This document shows positions 13,001 through 26,100 of a stretch of DNA of 64,000 nt, in pieces. Position 1 is the stretch's first letter, and each line of letters begins with the position of its first letter. Origin of the DNA: Amphiscolops sp. MND2022 (Eukaryota). Below the pieces are notes generated by a model. The model made no database searches and was not told where the DNA came from. It saw nothing but the letters and a program-made list of their open reading frames with translations. The stretch spans positions 35,218,001-35,282,000 of the forward strand of contig OZ076409.1 in NCBI GenBank assembly GCA_964187785.1, written 5' to 3'. The translations under genes and the position numbers were made by a program.

Positions 13001-14890
13001 CGAAATTTTTATGCAATTTTTGTCAAATTTTTGACAGACTTCGTAGATTAGAATGTTGAGAAGCGGAAGCAAGGAACAGTATTGGCCCAAAAAGCTTTTC
13101 CGAAGATTTTAATGCAGTTTTCTAGATGAAAAAAGTCTCAAGTTGGCACCAAAAACGACAAAAAACCCAAAATTTTCCAATTTTAAACAATTTCTGTCAA
13201 ATTTTTGACATACTTCAATAATTAAAATGTTGAGAACGCTCAACATGGCACGCATTTGCTGTCCAGTAGGCTTTTCAGAAAAGATAATTGCTTTTTCCCA
13301 AATGAAAAAGGTCTCAAATTGATACCGAAAATAACAAAAAAACACAAAACTTTCCATTTTTCAAATTTTTTAATGCATTTTTTTTGTCAAATTTTCGACA
13401 GACTTCGTAGATTAGAATGTTGAGAAGCGTCAGCAAGGAAAAAGTATTAGTCCATAAGGCTTTTCTGAAGAATTTATTGCAGTTTTCTAAATGAAAAATA
13501 TCTCAAATTGGCACAGAAAAAAATTCCAAAATTTCTCAATTTTTACCGTTTTCATGCATTTATGGTCAATTTTTGAGAAACATCGTGAATTAGAATGTTG
13601 AGGACGTTAAAAAAAGCACGATGTTGTTGTCCAATAGTTTTCTATCAAGAGATAAACGCGGTTTTGTGAGAGTAAATTGACCCAATGAATGACCAAAATT
13701 CCAAAATTTCCCGATTTTTAACGATTTATGCTATTTTTGTGGAATTTTTGTTAGACTTCGTTGATTAGAATGTTAAAAACGGTCAAAATGGCCCGTATTA
13801 GCTGTCCAGTAGGCTTTTCCGAAGAGATAATTGCTATTTTCTAATTGAAAAAGGTCTCAAATTGACACCGAAAATGACAAAAAACCCAAAACTTTTTTTC
13901 GAAATTTTTATGCAATTTTCGTCAAATTTTTGACAGACTTCGTAGATTAGAATGTTGAGAAGCGGAAGCAAGGAACAGTATTGGCTCAAAAAGCTTTTCC
14001 GAAGATTTTAATGCAGTTTTCTAGATGAAAAAAGTCAAGTTGGCACCAAAAACGACAAAAAACCCAAAATTTTCCAATTTTAAACAATTTTTGTCAAATT
14101 TTTGACATACTTCGTTAATTAAAATTTTGAGAACGCTCAACATGGCACGCATTTGCTGTCCAGTAGGCTTTTCAGAAAAGATAATTGCTTTTTCCCAAAT
14201 GAAAAAGGTCTCAAATTGATACCGAAAATAACAAAAAAAACACAAAACTTTCCATTTTTCAAATTTTTTAATGCATTTTTTGTCAAATTTTCGACAGACT
14301 TCGTAGATTAGAATGTTGAGAAGCGTCAGCAAGGAAAAAGTATTAGTCAATTAGGCTTTTCTGAAGAATTTATTGCAGTTTTCTAAATGAAAAATATCTC
14401 AAATTGGCACAGAAAAAAAATTCCAAAATTTCTCAATTTTTACCGTTTTCATGCATTTATTGTCAATTTTTGAGAGACATCGTGAATTAGAATGTTGAAA
14501 ACGTTAAACAAAGCACGATGTTGTTGTCCAATCGTTTTCTATCAAGAGATAAACGCGGTTTTGTGAGAGAAAATTGACCCAATGAATGACCAAAATTCCA
14601 AAATTTCCCGATTTTTAACGATTTATGCTATTTTTGTGGAATTTTTGTTAGACTTCGTTGATTAGAATGTTGAAAACGGTCAAAATGGCCCGTATTAGCT
14701 GTCCAGTAGGCTTTTCCGAAGAGATAATTACTATTTTCTAAATGAAAAAGGTCTCAAATTGACACCGAAAATGACAAAAAACCCAAAACTTTCTTTTTTT
14801 CAAAATTTTTATGCAATTTTTGTCAAATTTTTGACAGACTTCGTAGATTAGAATGTTGAGAAGCGTAAGCAACGAACAGTATTGGCCCAG
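10061..14890 (+). mobile_element. Helentron-like element, family A, copy 1 (expanded internal array; own 3' end missing)
   Basis: 5' end ttattttccgcccatatt..tatgggaaaggaaaa and the following ~200 bp match 34879 and (inverted) 51643. Confidence 0.75.
10337..14890. repeat. Satellite array: about 26 monomers of ~180 bp in a 5-mer higher-order repeat of ~900 bp
   Basis: The variant gacatacttc..aattaaaat recurs at 10504, 11405, 12308, 13207 and 14104; four other monomer variants lie between in fixed order. Confidence 0.95.
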
Positions 14891-15247
14891 AACCTCGAAA
14901 TACACTAAGGATCCCCCATAGCCCCACTTTTTTCGGCACTATGCGACTTTTTTTGAAGCTTTTTGGATTGCACCAAAGGGCCCCCCTTCATTTGTTTCGA
15001 CATTTTGCAACACAATGGATGTCAAAAAATCCCAATGGGTCCCCTTTTTACATTTTTCGGCACTGTGACACTTCAAAAATCTCGTTTTTAAAATTTTTTT
15101 GGGAAATTTTTTCAAGTCCCCAAAGGGCTCCCCTTCATTTTTTTTGTATTTTACAACCAGCAGGAGTTTCACAAAGCCCGAAGGGTCACCTCTTCTACAA
15201 TTTTGAGCCTTAGATATAGCGCCGACTTTGGCCGTTCTCGGATTGTT
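14891..15247 (+). mobile_element. Family B element, 3' half, fused to the satellite
   Basis: Ends gagccttagatatagcgccgactttggccgttctcggattgtt. Confidence 0.7.
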
Positions 15248-15666
15248 GGTTTATTTCCAAGCGGAAATACATAAAATTCAAGCGGTTTTTGTAAATCAAG
15301 CTTCAACTAGAACCGAACACGACACGAAGGAGTTACTGACCGACCACGCGATGAAATTACTCAAACCGATGAACAAAATAATATCTGTTTGCATCTCGAA
15401 AAAGGCGAGCCAGAATAACGTCTAAGGAAAAACATCTAAATGCATAATGGGGGAATAACATCCAAAGGCAGGTCATACTCATTCCCTACCATAAAACATT
15501 GAATTTTCAACGCTATTCCTTCAGACGTTATTCCCGAAACACTTTTAGACGTTTCTCGCGCCCCTACTCGGAAAACTCCGACATCCATGTCGCTACATTG
15601 AGTCATCTGATACTTAGTGTTGCCATCAAGTAAAACAATGCAACTACGGCAACAAACAAGACTCAC

Positions 15667-15901
15667 TTCCAGAAAGAACTTCGACTGTGTAACTTTTGTT
15701 GTCCAGGCGCCCGAGACTGGCTGAGCACTTGGCCGTTTGGAGTGTGCGGATTGGTCTGAAGGTGAAGTTGCTCACTTCGTAGCCAGTAGACTCGTCGAAC
15801 GCTGTTTCGATTTTGAAGCCATTTGAAGATGTCGCCATCACATGCTGCTCGTCAAGATACCACAAAAAGTCTATGTCCATGGTGCGCGCATTGTTTCTTT
15901 G
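15667..15901 (-). CDS. Ig-CAM exon 12 (Ig6 C-part)
   Basis: ttgcag|QRNNARTMDIDFLWYLD...TAKCSASLG...YTVEVLSG|gtgagt; phase 0 to 1. Confidence 0.85.
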
Positions 15902-16212
15902 CTGCAAAATTTCAATAAATGAGCAAAAAAAACGTATCAACTTCAGTTGTCTTCAGGATTATTCTTTTCAGTTTGAACGCTTTTGTTGAAAATAAAAAAG
16001 TGCACAAATTTTACACATGACAGACCTTACTGTGAAAAGTCACAGTTTTTCATCAAATCTATAGTGTAAATCTTAACCCGCGTTCAATTGGTCCAGCAGT
16101 TAGAGGCACGATTTGGATGCAGACCGCTCCTAGCTATAATCCATCTACGGTCCAAAATTTATCTTTTAATGGTGGTTAATGAATATCTTTTTGACAGACC
16201 ACAGGAACTAAC

Positions 16213-16387
16213 CCTAGTTCTGCAAGTGATTGTTACAGGTTTGTTTAGGACGGTGAAAATTTGGTCATAGGAAGGCATTGGTTCCAACGGCTCGTGAGCT
16301 ATGAGGTTGTACAATTGGGTCTCAGAATCACCGTCACTCAAAATATTCTTCGCCCCAACCATGAAGTAACTGCTCTTCTTGACCTCT
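16213..16387 (-). CDS. Ig-CAM exon 11 (end of Ig5, start of Ig6)
   Basis: tttcag|EVKKSSYFMVGAKN...NKPVTITCRTR|gttagt; phase 2 to 0. Confidence 0.82.
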
Positions 16388-17107
16388 CTGAAACAAAGCA
16401 CAAACTATAGATTAGAAGTACTGCCACAAGCATACCCATAACTTCAACTACTTTTCAATAGAACTTCACCATCGTAGTTAGGTATTAGTAACCTGACGGG
16501 AAAGGACCAACTTGAAGTCGGTGCCCCTGCAGGTTCAAAAAGAGCCAAGTGTTTGAAAGATTCAAGGGACGACTATTATAAAACTTTTTAATATCACACA
16601 GTTCTAAACAAATACCAGGAACGGTATCTTCGGAAACAACTGTTTTCTGAACTGGAAACCCAAGTTTTTGAGAAGAAAAACATTTCCATTGAAAAGTCGC
16701 AGTGTCAAAAACCCAAATGCAGACATTTTAGGCTCACTAAATGCTTTTTTCGAAACGGAAGCTTCAAAAAACTGAAGGCGGTACCAGTGATTTAACGTAT
16801 ATTACCGTACAGATCTACAATACATAAGTTCTGCCTGTATTATAAATGATCGGAAAGCGTGTAAACTCATAGAGCACACACTAGAAATTGCTATACATCA
16901 ATCTTACCTAACAAGATAGAATTCGAACTTTCGGATAATCAAAACGATCTAATCAAACAGTCATTCTATCAACAGCTCGCTTGCTAGTTTTGGGTTTGGT
17001 TCGATCGAACAAAGCGCTCATGAATAGCAGACTTTGGGCGAATTTCTACCAGTTTTAATTTTTTATTAAGAATATTTTAGGTAGATAAACTTCATATAAA
17101 AAGATGA

Positions 17108-17666
17108 AACAAGACGGAAACATCTTAAGTCGGCGCAGTTTTTAAAATATGCCCAGGAAGTTTTCATGAAAAACTCATAAAAAATTCGAGGCACCGCAAG
17201 GGTGCCTTTCGTGCTCGGAAAACGCTTCAAAGAATTGGATATAGCGTGCTGGGACAAACGGGAGCGGTTGTTTTCGAGCCTCCGCATCCTCCTTAGTATA
17301 ACGCAACATAGTTCGGATATAACACCAAAAATAGCGCAATATTTTCGAGCCTCCACCTTCAAACTTCGGATATTATTTTTAAAAAAATATTGGTGGATAT
17401 CTATTGAAAAAACCCAAGATCAGACGAAAAATGAGAAATTGGAACAGTCTCAATGCCGAAAAAATTGAAACAGGGGACACTTTAGTCTCGTTAGGTTTTG
17501 TATGTTACATTAGAAAAGAAAACATGAAAGGGAGCCCTTTGTACTAACTTAGATGCCTTTCCGCAGGCCAGTCTAGTAGTTTTAGTAGTTTCTGTAAAAA
17601 GTGGAGAAAAAAGGTCACTGTAAGAGTCGGGCATTTTTTGCTGCACAAAAAGCGCCGACTAAAAAA
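17108..17666 (-). mobile_element. Family B-related element (variant 3' part)
   Basis: aaacaagacggaaacatcttaagtcggcgc ... aaaagcgccgactaaaa. Confidence 0.65.
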
Positions 17667-18031
17667 ACCGTTTATGGTACTCTAGTGTCTCCGGATACCT
17701 ACCGTTACATACACGAATTTTTGAATGTCATTCAAAAGATTTACCGAGTACCGGAAACTTTTATACACGTCAAATCACTGGGCGGTATTTTGATGATACT
17801 GAAAACTTTTCCGGAAAAAAGTCGCACAGCTCCGAAAAACCAACACTTTGGCATCGTTTGCTCTTGCAAAAATCGCCGACAAATCATCAATCCTGGGATT
17901 TGAACGCAACCTTGGTTTACAGCCACACACTCATCCATTTCGTCAAATGGTACAAGAGCAAGGTATAGAAACTTCTAGACATCTGTCACTTCACTGATTT
18001 TTCTGGAAAAAGTCACTACCATGGTCTGTGT

Positions 18032-19067
18032 TTTTAGTCGGCGCTTTTCTAGTGAAAAGAACCCGACTACCACAGTGGCTAGTATTTAGTCGGCGCCTTT
18101 TCCCTTAAGGAAAAAAGCCCGACTCTTACAGTGAGTAGTTTTCTTTTGTTTTTTTTCAGTTGACAATCTCACTCTGAGTGGTCCACTTTTCTTACAATTT
18201 TTGTTCATCTTTCATATTTGTTCATCTTCCATCTTCGACCCAGCCGGAGAGCGTGGGTTCGATTCTCGCACTAAACCATAAATTTTTTAATGCTTCCAAA
18301 AGTACATGTGAGACCAAAGGGTCCCCCCTTTGGGTTTTTTTTTCGGCACTATGCGACTTTTTTCGAAAATTTTCGAAATTTATCAAAGGGTACCCCCTTG
18401 AATTTTTTTGAAGTTTTCGGTTTGTAGAAAACGTTGAATGAGCCTGAATGGCCTCTTTTTGAGTTTTTCGGCATTGTGCGACCTAAAAAATACTTTTTTT
18501 CGAAAAAAAATCAAAAATTATTTTTTTTGAAAAAAAAAAATTTCCAAATTTTTCCAATAGTTGTTCCTTGAATATTTTTGAGCCTAAGATATGGCGCCGA
18601 CTTGGGACGTTCCCGTCTTGTTTTTTCTTTATTTTTCGTCAGACTACAATCTCACTCTGATTGGGCCACTTTTCTTACAATCGAAACTACTAAAACTACT
18701 AGCATAAGAGGCCAAGTCCGGTCAGCGAAAATTAGTGCAGAAGGGTACCCCTTTCATTTTTTACTTTTTTAACGTAACCTACAGAACCGGACGAGACTCA
18801 AGGGTCCCCCCTTTTGATTTTTTTCGACTTTTTTCAAAAATTGTGGGACTTTTTTCGAAAATTTTTCAATGTCTCAAAAGAGTCCCCCTTTCGAGTTTTT
18901 TGATATTTTGCAACAGAATATATGTTAATAAAGCCCAAAGGGTCCCCTTTTGCATTTTTCGGCACTATGCGACATTTTCTGAAAATTTCAAGTTTTTTTT
19001 TCAAAAAAGTCTTTTGCGCTTTTTGAGCCTTAGATATATCGCCGACGTTAGACGTTCCCGTCTTGTT
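18032..19067 (+). mobile_element. Family B element containing a nested family B copy (18086..18622)
   Basis: Two 5' ends (ttagtcggcgc at 18032 and 18086) and two 3' ends (gacgttcccgtcttgtt at 18622 and 19067). Confidence 0.7.
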
Positions 19068-19320
19068 TAACAACCCAGTAGTGTTGAAACAATCCAAATT
19101 TTAGAAACTTTGACATCTCTACAAGAGTATCCGAAAAAATATATATATTTTTGTTATAGAGCTCTACGGAAACTCATACTCAAAAACAAATGAAAACTCT
19201 AAACCAGATGAATAAAACAGTCGAAAAAACCCTAATTTTGACCTCATAAAGGGCTCCAAGCCTGACGTCGGTTGTGGGTTTTCTCGTGTTTGAAGTCATT
19301 TTTGTTTCAAGACTGAAATG

Positions 19321-19746
19321 TTTTTAGTCGGCGCTTTTCCAGTGAAAAGTGCCCGACTATTACAGTGGTTAGTTTTTTTCGCCAAACCAAAGAGCTGACA
19401 ATGTATGTGCCACTTTTTGTGCATTATGCACTTTTACCAAAAATGCTTAGTACTTGATTTTGAACGCATCCAAAAGCCTCTAACATGATATACAAAACCA
19501 TTGGAAAGCAGAAGGGCCCCTTTTCAAATTTTTTTGGCACTATGAGACTTTCCCCGCTCCTTTTTCGGTTTTGTGAGACTTTTTTCGGAATTTTTTAATG
19601 TCTTCAAAGGGTCCCCCTTCATTTTTTTGATATTTTGCAATTGAATGGATGTTGAAAAAGCCCAAACGGTTCCCTTTTACAATTTTAAAAACTTTGCGCT
19701 TTTTGGGCCTTAGATATAGCGTCAACTTTAGACGTTCCCGTCTTGT
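19321..19746 (+). mobile_element. Family B element
   Basis: tttttagtcggcgcttttccagtgaaaagtgcccgact ... gacgttcccgtcttgt. Confidence 0.75.
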
Positions 19747-19848
19747 ATCGTTGCAACTCGTTCTTCAATGAGACTTTGTGGATATCTTCACAAGTTTGAT
19801 GAATTGTTAAACATACGGAAACTCGATCAGATGATTGTAATATCTAAC

Positions 19849-20004
19849 TTGATGATGAGTGAAAAGTAGAGGTCGTTGGATTTCTTCATGATGAAATCAT
19901 CACCGGCAAATATCTCCTCGTTATCTTGATACCATCGCACAGTAGGCACGGGAGATCCAAATATGGTGAATTTTATCTCCTGGTTTTTGGTCCCAACCAA
20001 AACA
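19849..20004 (-). CDS. Ig-CAM exon 10 (Ig5 core)
   Basis: atgcag|VLVGTKNQEIKFTIFGSPVPTVRWYQDNEEI...YFSLII|gttaga; phase 2 to 2; I-set GxPxPxxxW motif; this frame is not in the ORF track. Confidence 0.85.
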
Positions 20005-20381
20005 CTGCATCCAGATGATGGATCTATGATTTGTGGTTTGCGAGCTAAAGTTGAACATAAAAATCAGGATGCAGATTGGAACAGTTTGAAATTTGCTCAT
20101 CAATTGAACATTCCCCCGTCATTAGCATATCTTTATTTTCTCAATTGCTGAAGGGTTATCAGACAAAAGCGCCCCAATCAAAGGCTAAAGAGGATTTGCT
20201 GACTCTTTTCCCCCACCAACTTCAAGTTCTTGACACCAATTAAAGATCATCAGTTTTTCATATTAAACAGTGTATTGACTAATATAACTAACATATTTTG
20301 TTCAGAAATCCCAAAATCGACAGTTAAAGAAGTTTTCAATTGAAATTTGATAGGTGTGAAAAATATCAAACCGGGCATTAC

Positions 20382-20442
20382 CGGTGAAGTATTATTTTCT
20401 TTGAACACCTTCCATTAAATTTAGTTATAGGTGGTGAAATGG
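20382..20442 (-). CDS. Ig-CAM exon 9 (short, start of Ig5)
   Basis: ttgtag|ISPPITKFNGRCSKKIILHR|gtaatg; phase 1 to 2, required to bridge the phases of exons 8 and 10. Confidence 0.7.
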
Positions 20443-20539
20443 CTACAAATGTAGCGAGGCGCTTATGACTGTATAAAATGGGCGCTTTTGTTAGTACACT
20501 GCTGAAAGGCATGGAACTGCATGGTGAAACGGTACTCAC

Positions 20540-20803
20540 ACAACACTGACAAAATGACTTCACGCCGAGACGTGAAAGGCAAAGCTCTGTAGTCATTGAA
20601 GAAGACCTTATTCATCTGACTATCTCGGAGAAGATTCTGTTTCTGTAAAACTTGAGTCTTGGACATTTCGGCAGCGCTGATTTCGATTCTGAACACTGTT
20701 GAGTCATACTGTTGCAAGTTGTTTCCAGTGATTTCAACTTTGTACTTGTCAGAATTTGCCATCTTCCTGACCTCGATTCGGAAGCGACCGATCTGCGACA
20801 GGT
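20540..20803 (-). CDS. Ig-CAM exon 8 (Ig4 C-half)
   Basis: tttcag|LSQIGRFRIEV...NNLQQYDSTVFRIEI...VILSVL|gtgagt; phase 1 to 1. Confidence 0.78.
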
Positions 20804-22778
20804 CTGAAAAACATTCTTCTACCAATATCTTTCAGTCTCAAAGACACGAAAGATTCTCATTTTCTACTTCTAGGAATACAACAATGTTTTACTCCAACAT
20901 GGCATGAAATAAGACACTAAGCTTTGAGATAAGGAAATTTTCAAGTGTAGTATTTTTCGTATCGGGTCCTCATAATAAATGTTTCATTTTTTGGCTTTTA
21001 GCATGAAAACATTACAATTAATAATCCGTTTTTTCAAAAACAATTTCATTACGCCGAAACTCTCACTGCCTTTTTAGGAAGTAATTAATGTGTTTCAATC
21101 GAATGTTTTCTATCGAAGAGAAGAATTGATTCTAGAAAAAGAAAAAGGATACAATTTGGTGCCAGAAAAGATGTGAAAAGCATTCATTAAAAAAATTGAA
21201 ACTGTTGTACCTCGAGGTGCATGTGAACGAGTACATGTAATGTACTGTATATTAATTTCAGTTGCTATTTATGCTCATGAAAAAAATGTGGAGATGAAAC
21301 CATCATGAGAAATGGTGCCACATTGCATAGCATGACCATAATTAGCACCGTCGAACGTCATTCTGGCTTTCATCTAGATACTTGATGGTGTCAGAACTGG
21401 TAACATCAAATGGTTTCGTAAATGCCAACAACATAACGGAAAACCTAGCATGAAATTGAAGCAGATTAAAATTGAGAAAATCGAAATGAACCTCAATTGA
21501 GAATTTTGAACTTAAGTGTCACTTCACAAAAAAACTTTCAAAACTCAACTTTTATGATTTCGCACGAAAACAAACTTAAACAGCAATTAAATGCCAAAAC
21601 CTTAGTTGTTGATTGCAGTTCAACACTGAATTAGTCAAACTGGGTTGAAATATGTTCAAAAAGCAGTTGAATGAGAATTCTATCAATGAAACGCATCAAA
21701 AGATGACATATCGCTGTTTTGTGGTTTTCATGGTTACTTAGATACATTCTTTCTCTTTGATACTTAGGTACATTCTTCTATCTCCGATACATTGTAACAT
21801 CAATAGAATATATCGAATAAGTTAGGCGCTAGAAACCTGGAAAATATCTTTTGAATAAACTAATATGAACTCAGTCTTTGGTAATTTCTGACTCAAAATG
21901 GCATCTATCAAGTAACAGTTTAGCATGTCAAATGAAAAACACATGATTTGGACTTGAGCTTCAACAAGAAGTGCCATGGTGGTGACTCATTGCAAATTGT
22001 GGGGGGGCACATGAGGAAGTGTTTGTACAGCACATCAGCATGATGTTGCCAGATCAGACGTTCCTTTTTTGAGAAAGTTCTTCAAAGATTGAATTCCACC
22101 CAATAAAGAAGCTGTACATGTAAAGAGCAGTGACGACAGAAACATTAGCCATTCATTATTCACATGACTGTAGGAGAAAGTGAAAAACAGTCAGTTACGA
22201 CGGAAAGAAAGATTTGTAAAGGTGAATTATGTATGTCATGGTTGTAAAGCTCTTAATTTGTGACATCAAACTAACCGGTTACTGAAAAGATTCACAAACG
22301 GGTTAAGTTCCACATATTACAACTACTCAACGAAATTATGAAAGTTACATAAACTTTTCACGCTTATGATCTCATGGTTTTAATGTTACAAAATTTCGGG
22401 GTTAATTGAATAGGGAAGGAATGCCTTAGTTATTTTCCGATGACATCATTGTCTGCCTTCTAAATTTGGTCGCAGTATCAAAGAACAGCGGTGCAATAGT
22501 GACTATTAATTTCATTACTATTCAATTACTTCTTGAAAATTCAGCATTTTGGAGCCAGCAGACATGGCTGGCATAAAAACCGTGATGCGTAAAACACTCC
22601 AGACAGAAATACTCTGGTCAATAAATTATTCTTCAAAAAGACAATGCTTCGGCTTGTTTATTTAGACGCGGCTTTGGGCTTTTATGACAATGTTTTTACG
22701 ACCATGAAAAAAACGAACTCAATGACTGCAGAAATTTTTCGTAAAAATCAGTCGGCATATTGTTTTGCGGGTTTAAAT

Positions 22779-23131
22779 CAGAGTTTTGACACCGCTAATC
22801 AGCGATTTAGCGGCCGCGCAGGAATTTTTCAGCGATTTCATTAGCGATTCAGATTAGCGGTAACTAACAGACCCTCCAAATTCAAAATTTCTTTTGTGTA
22901 TAGACGGTGTTTCAAAATGAATTTCAGAAAAATTCCAACTCTTACCCTTGTAAAACACGCACAGTATAAAAAATTCTAGTCTTTTTCCCTTCAAAAACCG
23001 AATAAGTTAATTTGAAACATAGTTGAAGCTAAACATTTAATAGTTTGCAGAAAAAACTTTTCAGCGAAATAGCGATTTTCAAATTAGCGGTTTAGCGATT
23101 AGCGGAAGAAATTAGCGATGTCAAAACCCTG
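22779..23131. mobile_element. hAT-type MITE
   Basis: TIRs cagagttttgacaccgctaat / attagcgatgtcaaaaccctg; perfect 8-bp TSD gtttaaat; repeated subterminal ttagcg motifs. Confidence 0.9.
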
Positions 23132-26100
23132 GTTTAAATGTAGGCGAGTTCAAATCATTTTTTTTTCAAATTGTGAGGAAATTTTTGTTTGTCTTAGGTT
23201 TTCAATAGCTCGTTTCGAAACCTCGCTGCAACTCCGCATATAAAACCGTGCGTTGATCTAGAAATGTTTGCAAATGATACTATGGGAGCCTTAAAACGTC
23301 CGGGCTAAACTGAACATAGCAGGGCAAAAAGGTGAGATGATTAGGGTAGTTCTGCTATTGGTTGTTGGATGAAATTAAGCACTAACCAGTGTCGAACTCT
23401 GCAAAAAATAGTCATTCATCAAATTACAATGTTGAATTTTGTCGCCAAGTTATATCAAGTTTACGTTTCCCTTCTACATTTCACAGAATTTTTCACCAGG
23501 TAAGACCTCGAAATTTAATTAATATAGTACCTAACTCTTCGCCACAACTTCCCAATTCAGGAAAATTTTGAAACCCAACTAGCCATTGAATGAAAGAAAG
23601 GACAAAAAGTTTCGGGCAGTTCGCAAACAGGATTTAACATAGCGATATTATATTACAGCATGTTTAAATTTCAGTCGTTCAATTCGGCTAGCTCTGAGAT
23701 ACTTTCCTAAGGAATGAAAAAAGTCGCCCCTTAGGGTGACATTTTTCACTGGATCAGCAGAAATTACACGACGTCTCATTTCCTGTTTCCATAGAGTAAA
23801 CAACATTGATCCCTTACTCCGGGTATTTAGCACGATTCATTCTCTTCCAAACGAGGAAGACGCACTCCCCTAATTCCATTTCTACGACAGTTACATAATT
23901 TCGAAGATAACTATTTCAATGCATGAACAAATTTCACGGAGCATGGTATTTATTTGCCGCTGGTTGAACAATCATCACTGGCTGCTCAGCGATGCCAGAT
24001 AAAGATCGTTGGAGATGATAATCCTCATAAAACTGTGGAATTAGTCTAGCTTATGAGGTGCATATAACAACCAGCAGCATAATCAAATCTACACCATCAG
24101 CCTAGCCAGTCAAGCATGTTTCAATATCAGGCCTGTCCCCTCCCCGCTAAACCCTTACATGCATTGTTCAACTCGGCTTCAAAGCAATTGCGAGCCGGAG
24201 CGGCTTTCAGTCTCCAAACCGAGGAGAAAAGAATAGAGAGACACGGCGCATGCTTCTCCTTTTATGGAGCATTATTGCATCATTTAGCGAGCTGAGCAAA
24301 AAGAGAAAGAGCTACGGCTGCCAACGAGCTAAAATCAAAGGAAGTATGGAGCAGCTGCCATGTATTGGTTTTAGAAGGTACAAACAGACATTCTCATATT
24401 GGACTTTGTGTACCATCTACTTAACGATCACTTAGTAAGTAGTACTGTGTGGTGGTCCATGAACCATGAGTCAGCTTCCTGGCAAACAGCAAATGCAGCT
24501 GCAAACCATGTTCTCTGGAATGAAAGCAGGACAAATGGAGCAGACAAAATATTTTGCCGCAACGCCAAGAACCTCAAGGCACCACGCCAAACAGCCACAG
24601 ATCTTCTTCACCAACAAATGAACAAGAAATAACAATTTCTAGGTGGTTTCTGTTTCAACTTCGAAGATTCGCCTCTGGACGAAAAGTGTTAAGAAATCCT
24701 GACTTAGCTGAAAGAAGTCTTTCGAACGCAAAGCTCATGAAAGATCGATAGAGATTGACAAATGAATGAAACCTCAACAAGAATTCAGAGCTTTTGCAGA
24801 ATTCACACAAGCTGCGTGATGGGTTGTCCAATTTACATTCAAAAAATGTGAAATTCATTTTTCTTCTCTAATCGTCTTTGTTCGAAGCAACTAAGTTACT
24901 CAATGCGTTACGAAAAAGCATGAAATTGAAATTTCTGAAGCTATCACCAAAATATACACCGAATAATATGTATCTATAAACAATTCTAAAACCTCCACTT
25001 CGGCATGAAAAGTTGGATTTCGAGAGAATTTAAGAACCGAGTTCGCCTAATTGATTTTTATAGGAAAGGTCCATTCTATTTATATAGGCCTCTCCAAATG
25101 ACAACAAAAGCCAGCTGTCAAAAAACAATGGAAGCGTCTTCCATATTTTCATTTCTCAATTTCTACAATTAAAGACACAACAGAAAACCTCGATTCACAG
25201 TTAACAACAACAAACTTCGCAACATGTTTTGCTATAAATTCCGTCAAAAATGTACAGCAGTTGATTGAAAATAATTCAATACTAGGGAAATTCGAAACAT
25301 TTTCCCTGTAGGTTTGTTCCAACTAAACCTTGAAATCAAACAGTTTAGTAGCTAAGTAACTAGATTTGGTTTCCAAAAAATTTAGTTTTTCAATGGAAAA
25401 GCGAACACGAATTGTTTCCCCTAAACCCACATGAAATATATACATGCAGTACAACCTCAAACCCATTATTGTTCTGGAATTGAGTTTTATTGCCACCCAA
25501 GAATTAAAACAGTTAATATAAACATTCCAACCTAGAAAATGTGTTTCCCCATGTGTAAAGATCTGCAAATATGATCAAAAGTCTTGTTTTCCAACCAAGA
25601 ACCCACTAATGAGTTTAAACTAGGAGTAAGACCGTTGAAACTCAGCCTTCCTTCGTACCTGGAAGACATTTCTGGCGAAGAGGTGACATTGAAATGATTT
25701 GAATAAGCAAACAAAAGATTCAAACACGACAGAAAGACCAGATTTACTTCTAACGATACCCGGTGTGTACGCCGCTGGAAAGGTGTCTCAGTGGCAAAAC
25801 ATTCAAACTTCTGGTGGAAACTTAGCTGCAACTATGAGTCATCTGAATAGCGTGCTTCGAAAGACCGATAGAAATTTGAAAGATCTACTCAGAATAACAA
25901 GCCCAGGTAGATGCTTGAAACAAGCGATTTCTTACACTGTACTGAAAAAGAAAATTCATTTAATATTTAGCTATCAAGAGGCACTAATCACAGCGCATCA
26001 AGTGTACTTTTTGTTTCTACGTGATCTTTTCTTGATTATATTACTTTCTTGCACTAATTCAGGGTAACGTGGCGTTTTGTCACCATATAGAACTGCATTT

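Noticed and set aside
10337..14890. CRISPR-like array, or repeated protein-coding ORFs (MESFVFFCYFRYQFETFF...)
   Set aside because: Whole monomers repeat with no unique spacers and there are no cas genes; the ORFs are by-products of satellite periodicity
15436..15666. ORF as an additional exon
   Set aside because: It begins at the exon 12 donor, in intron sequence, and has no recognisable domain motif
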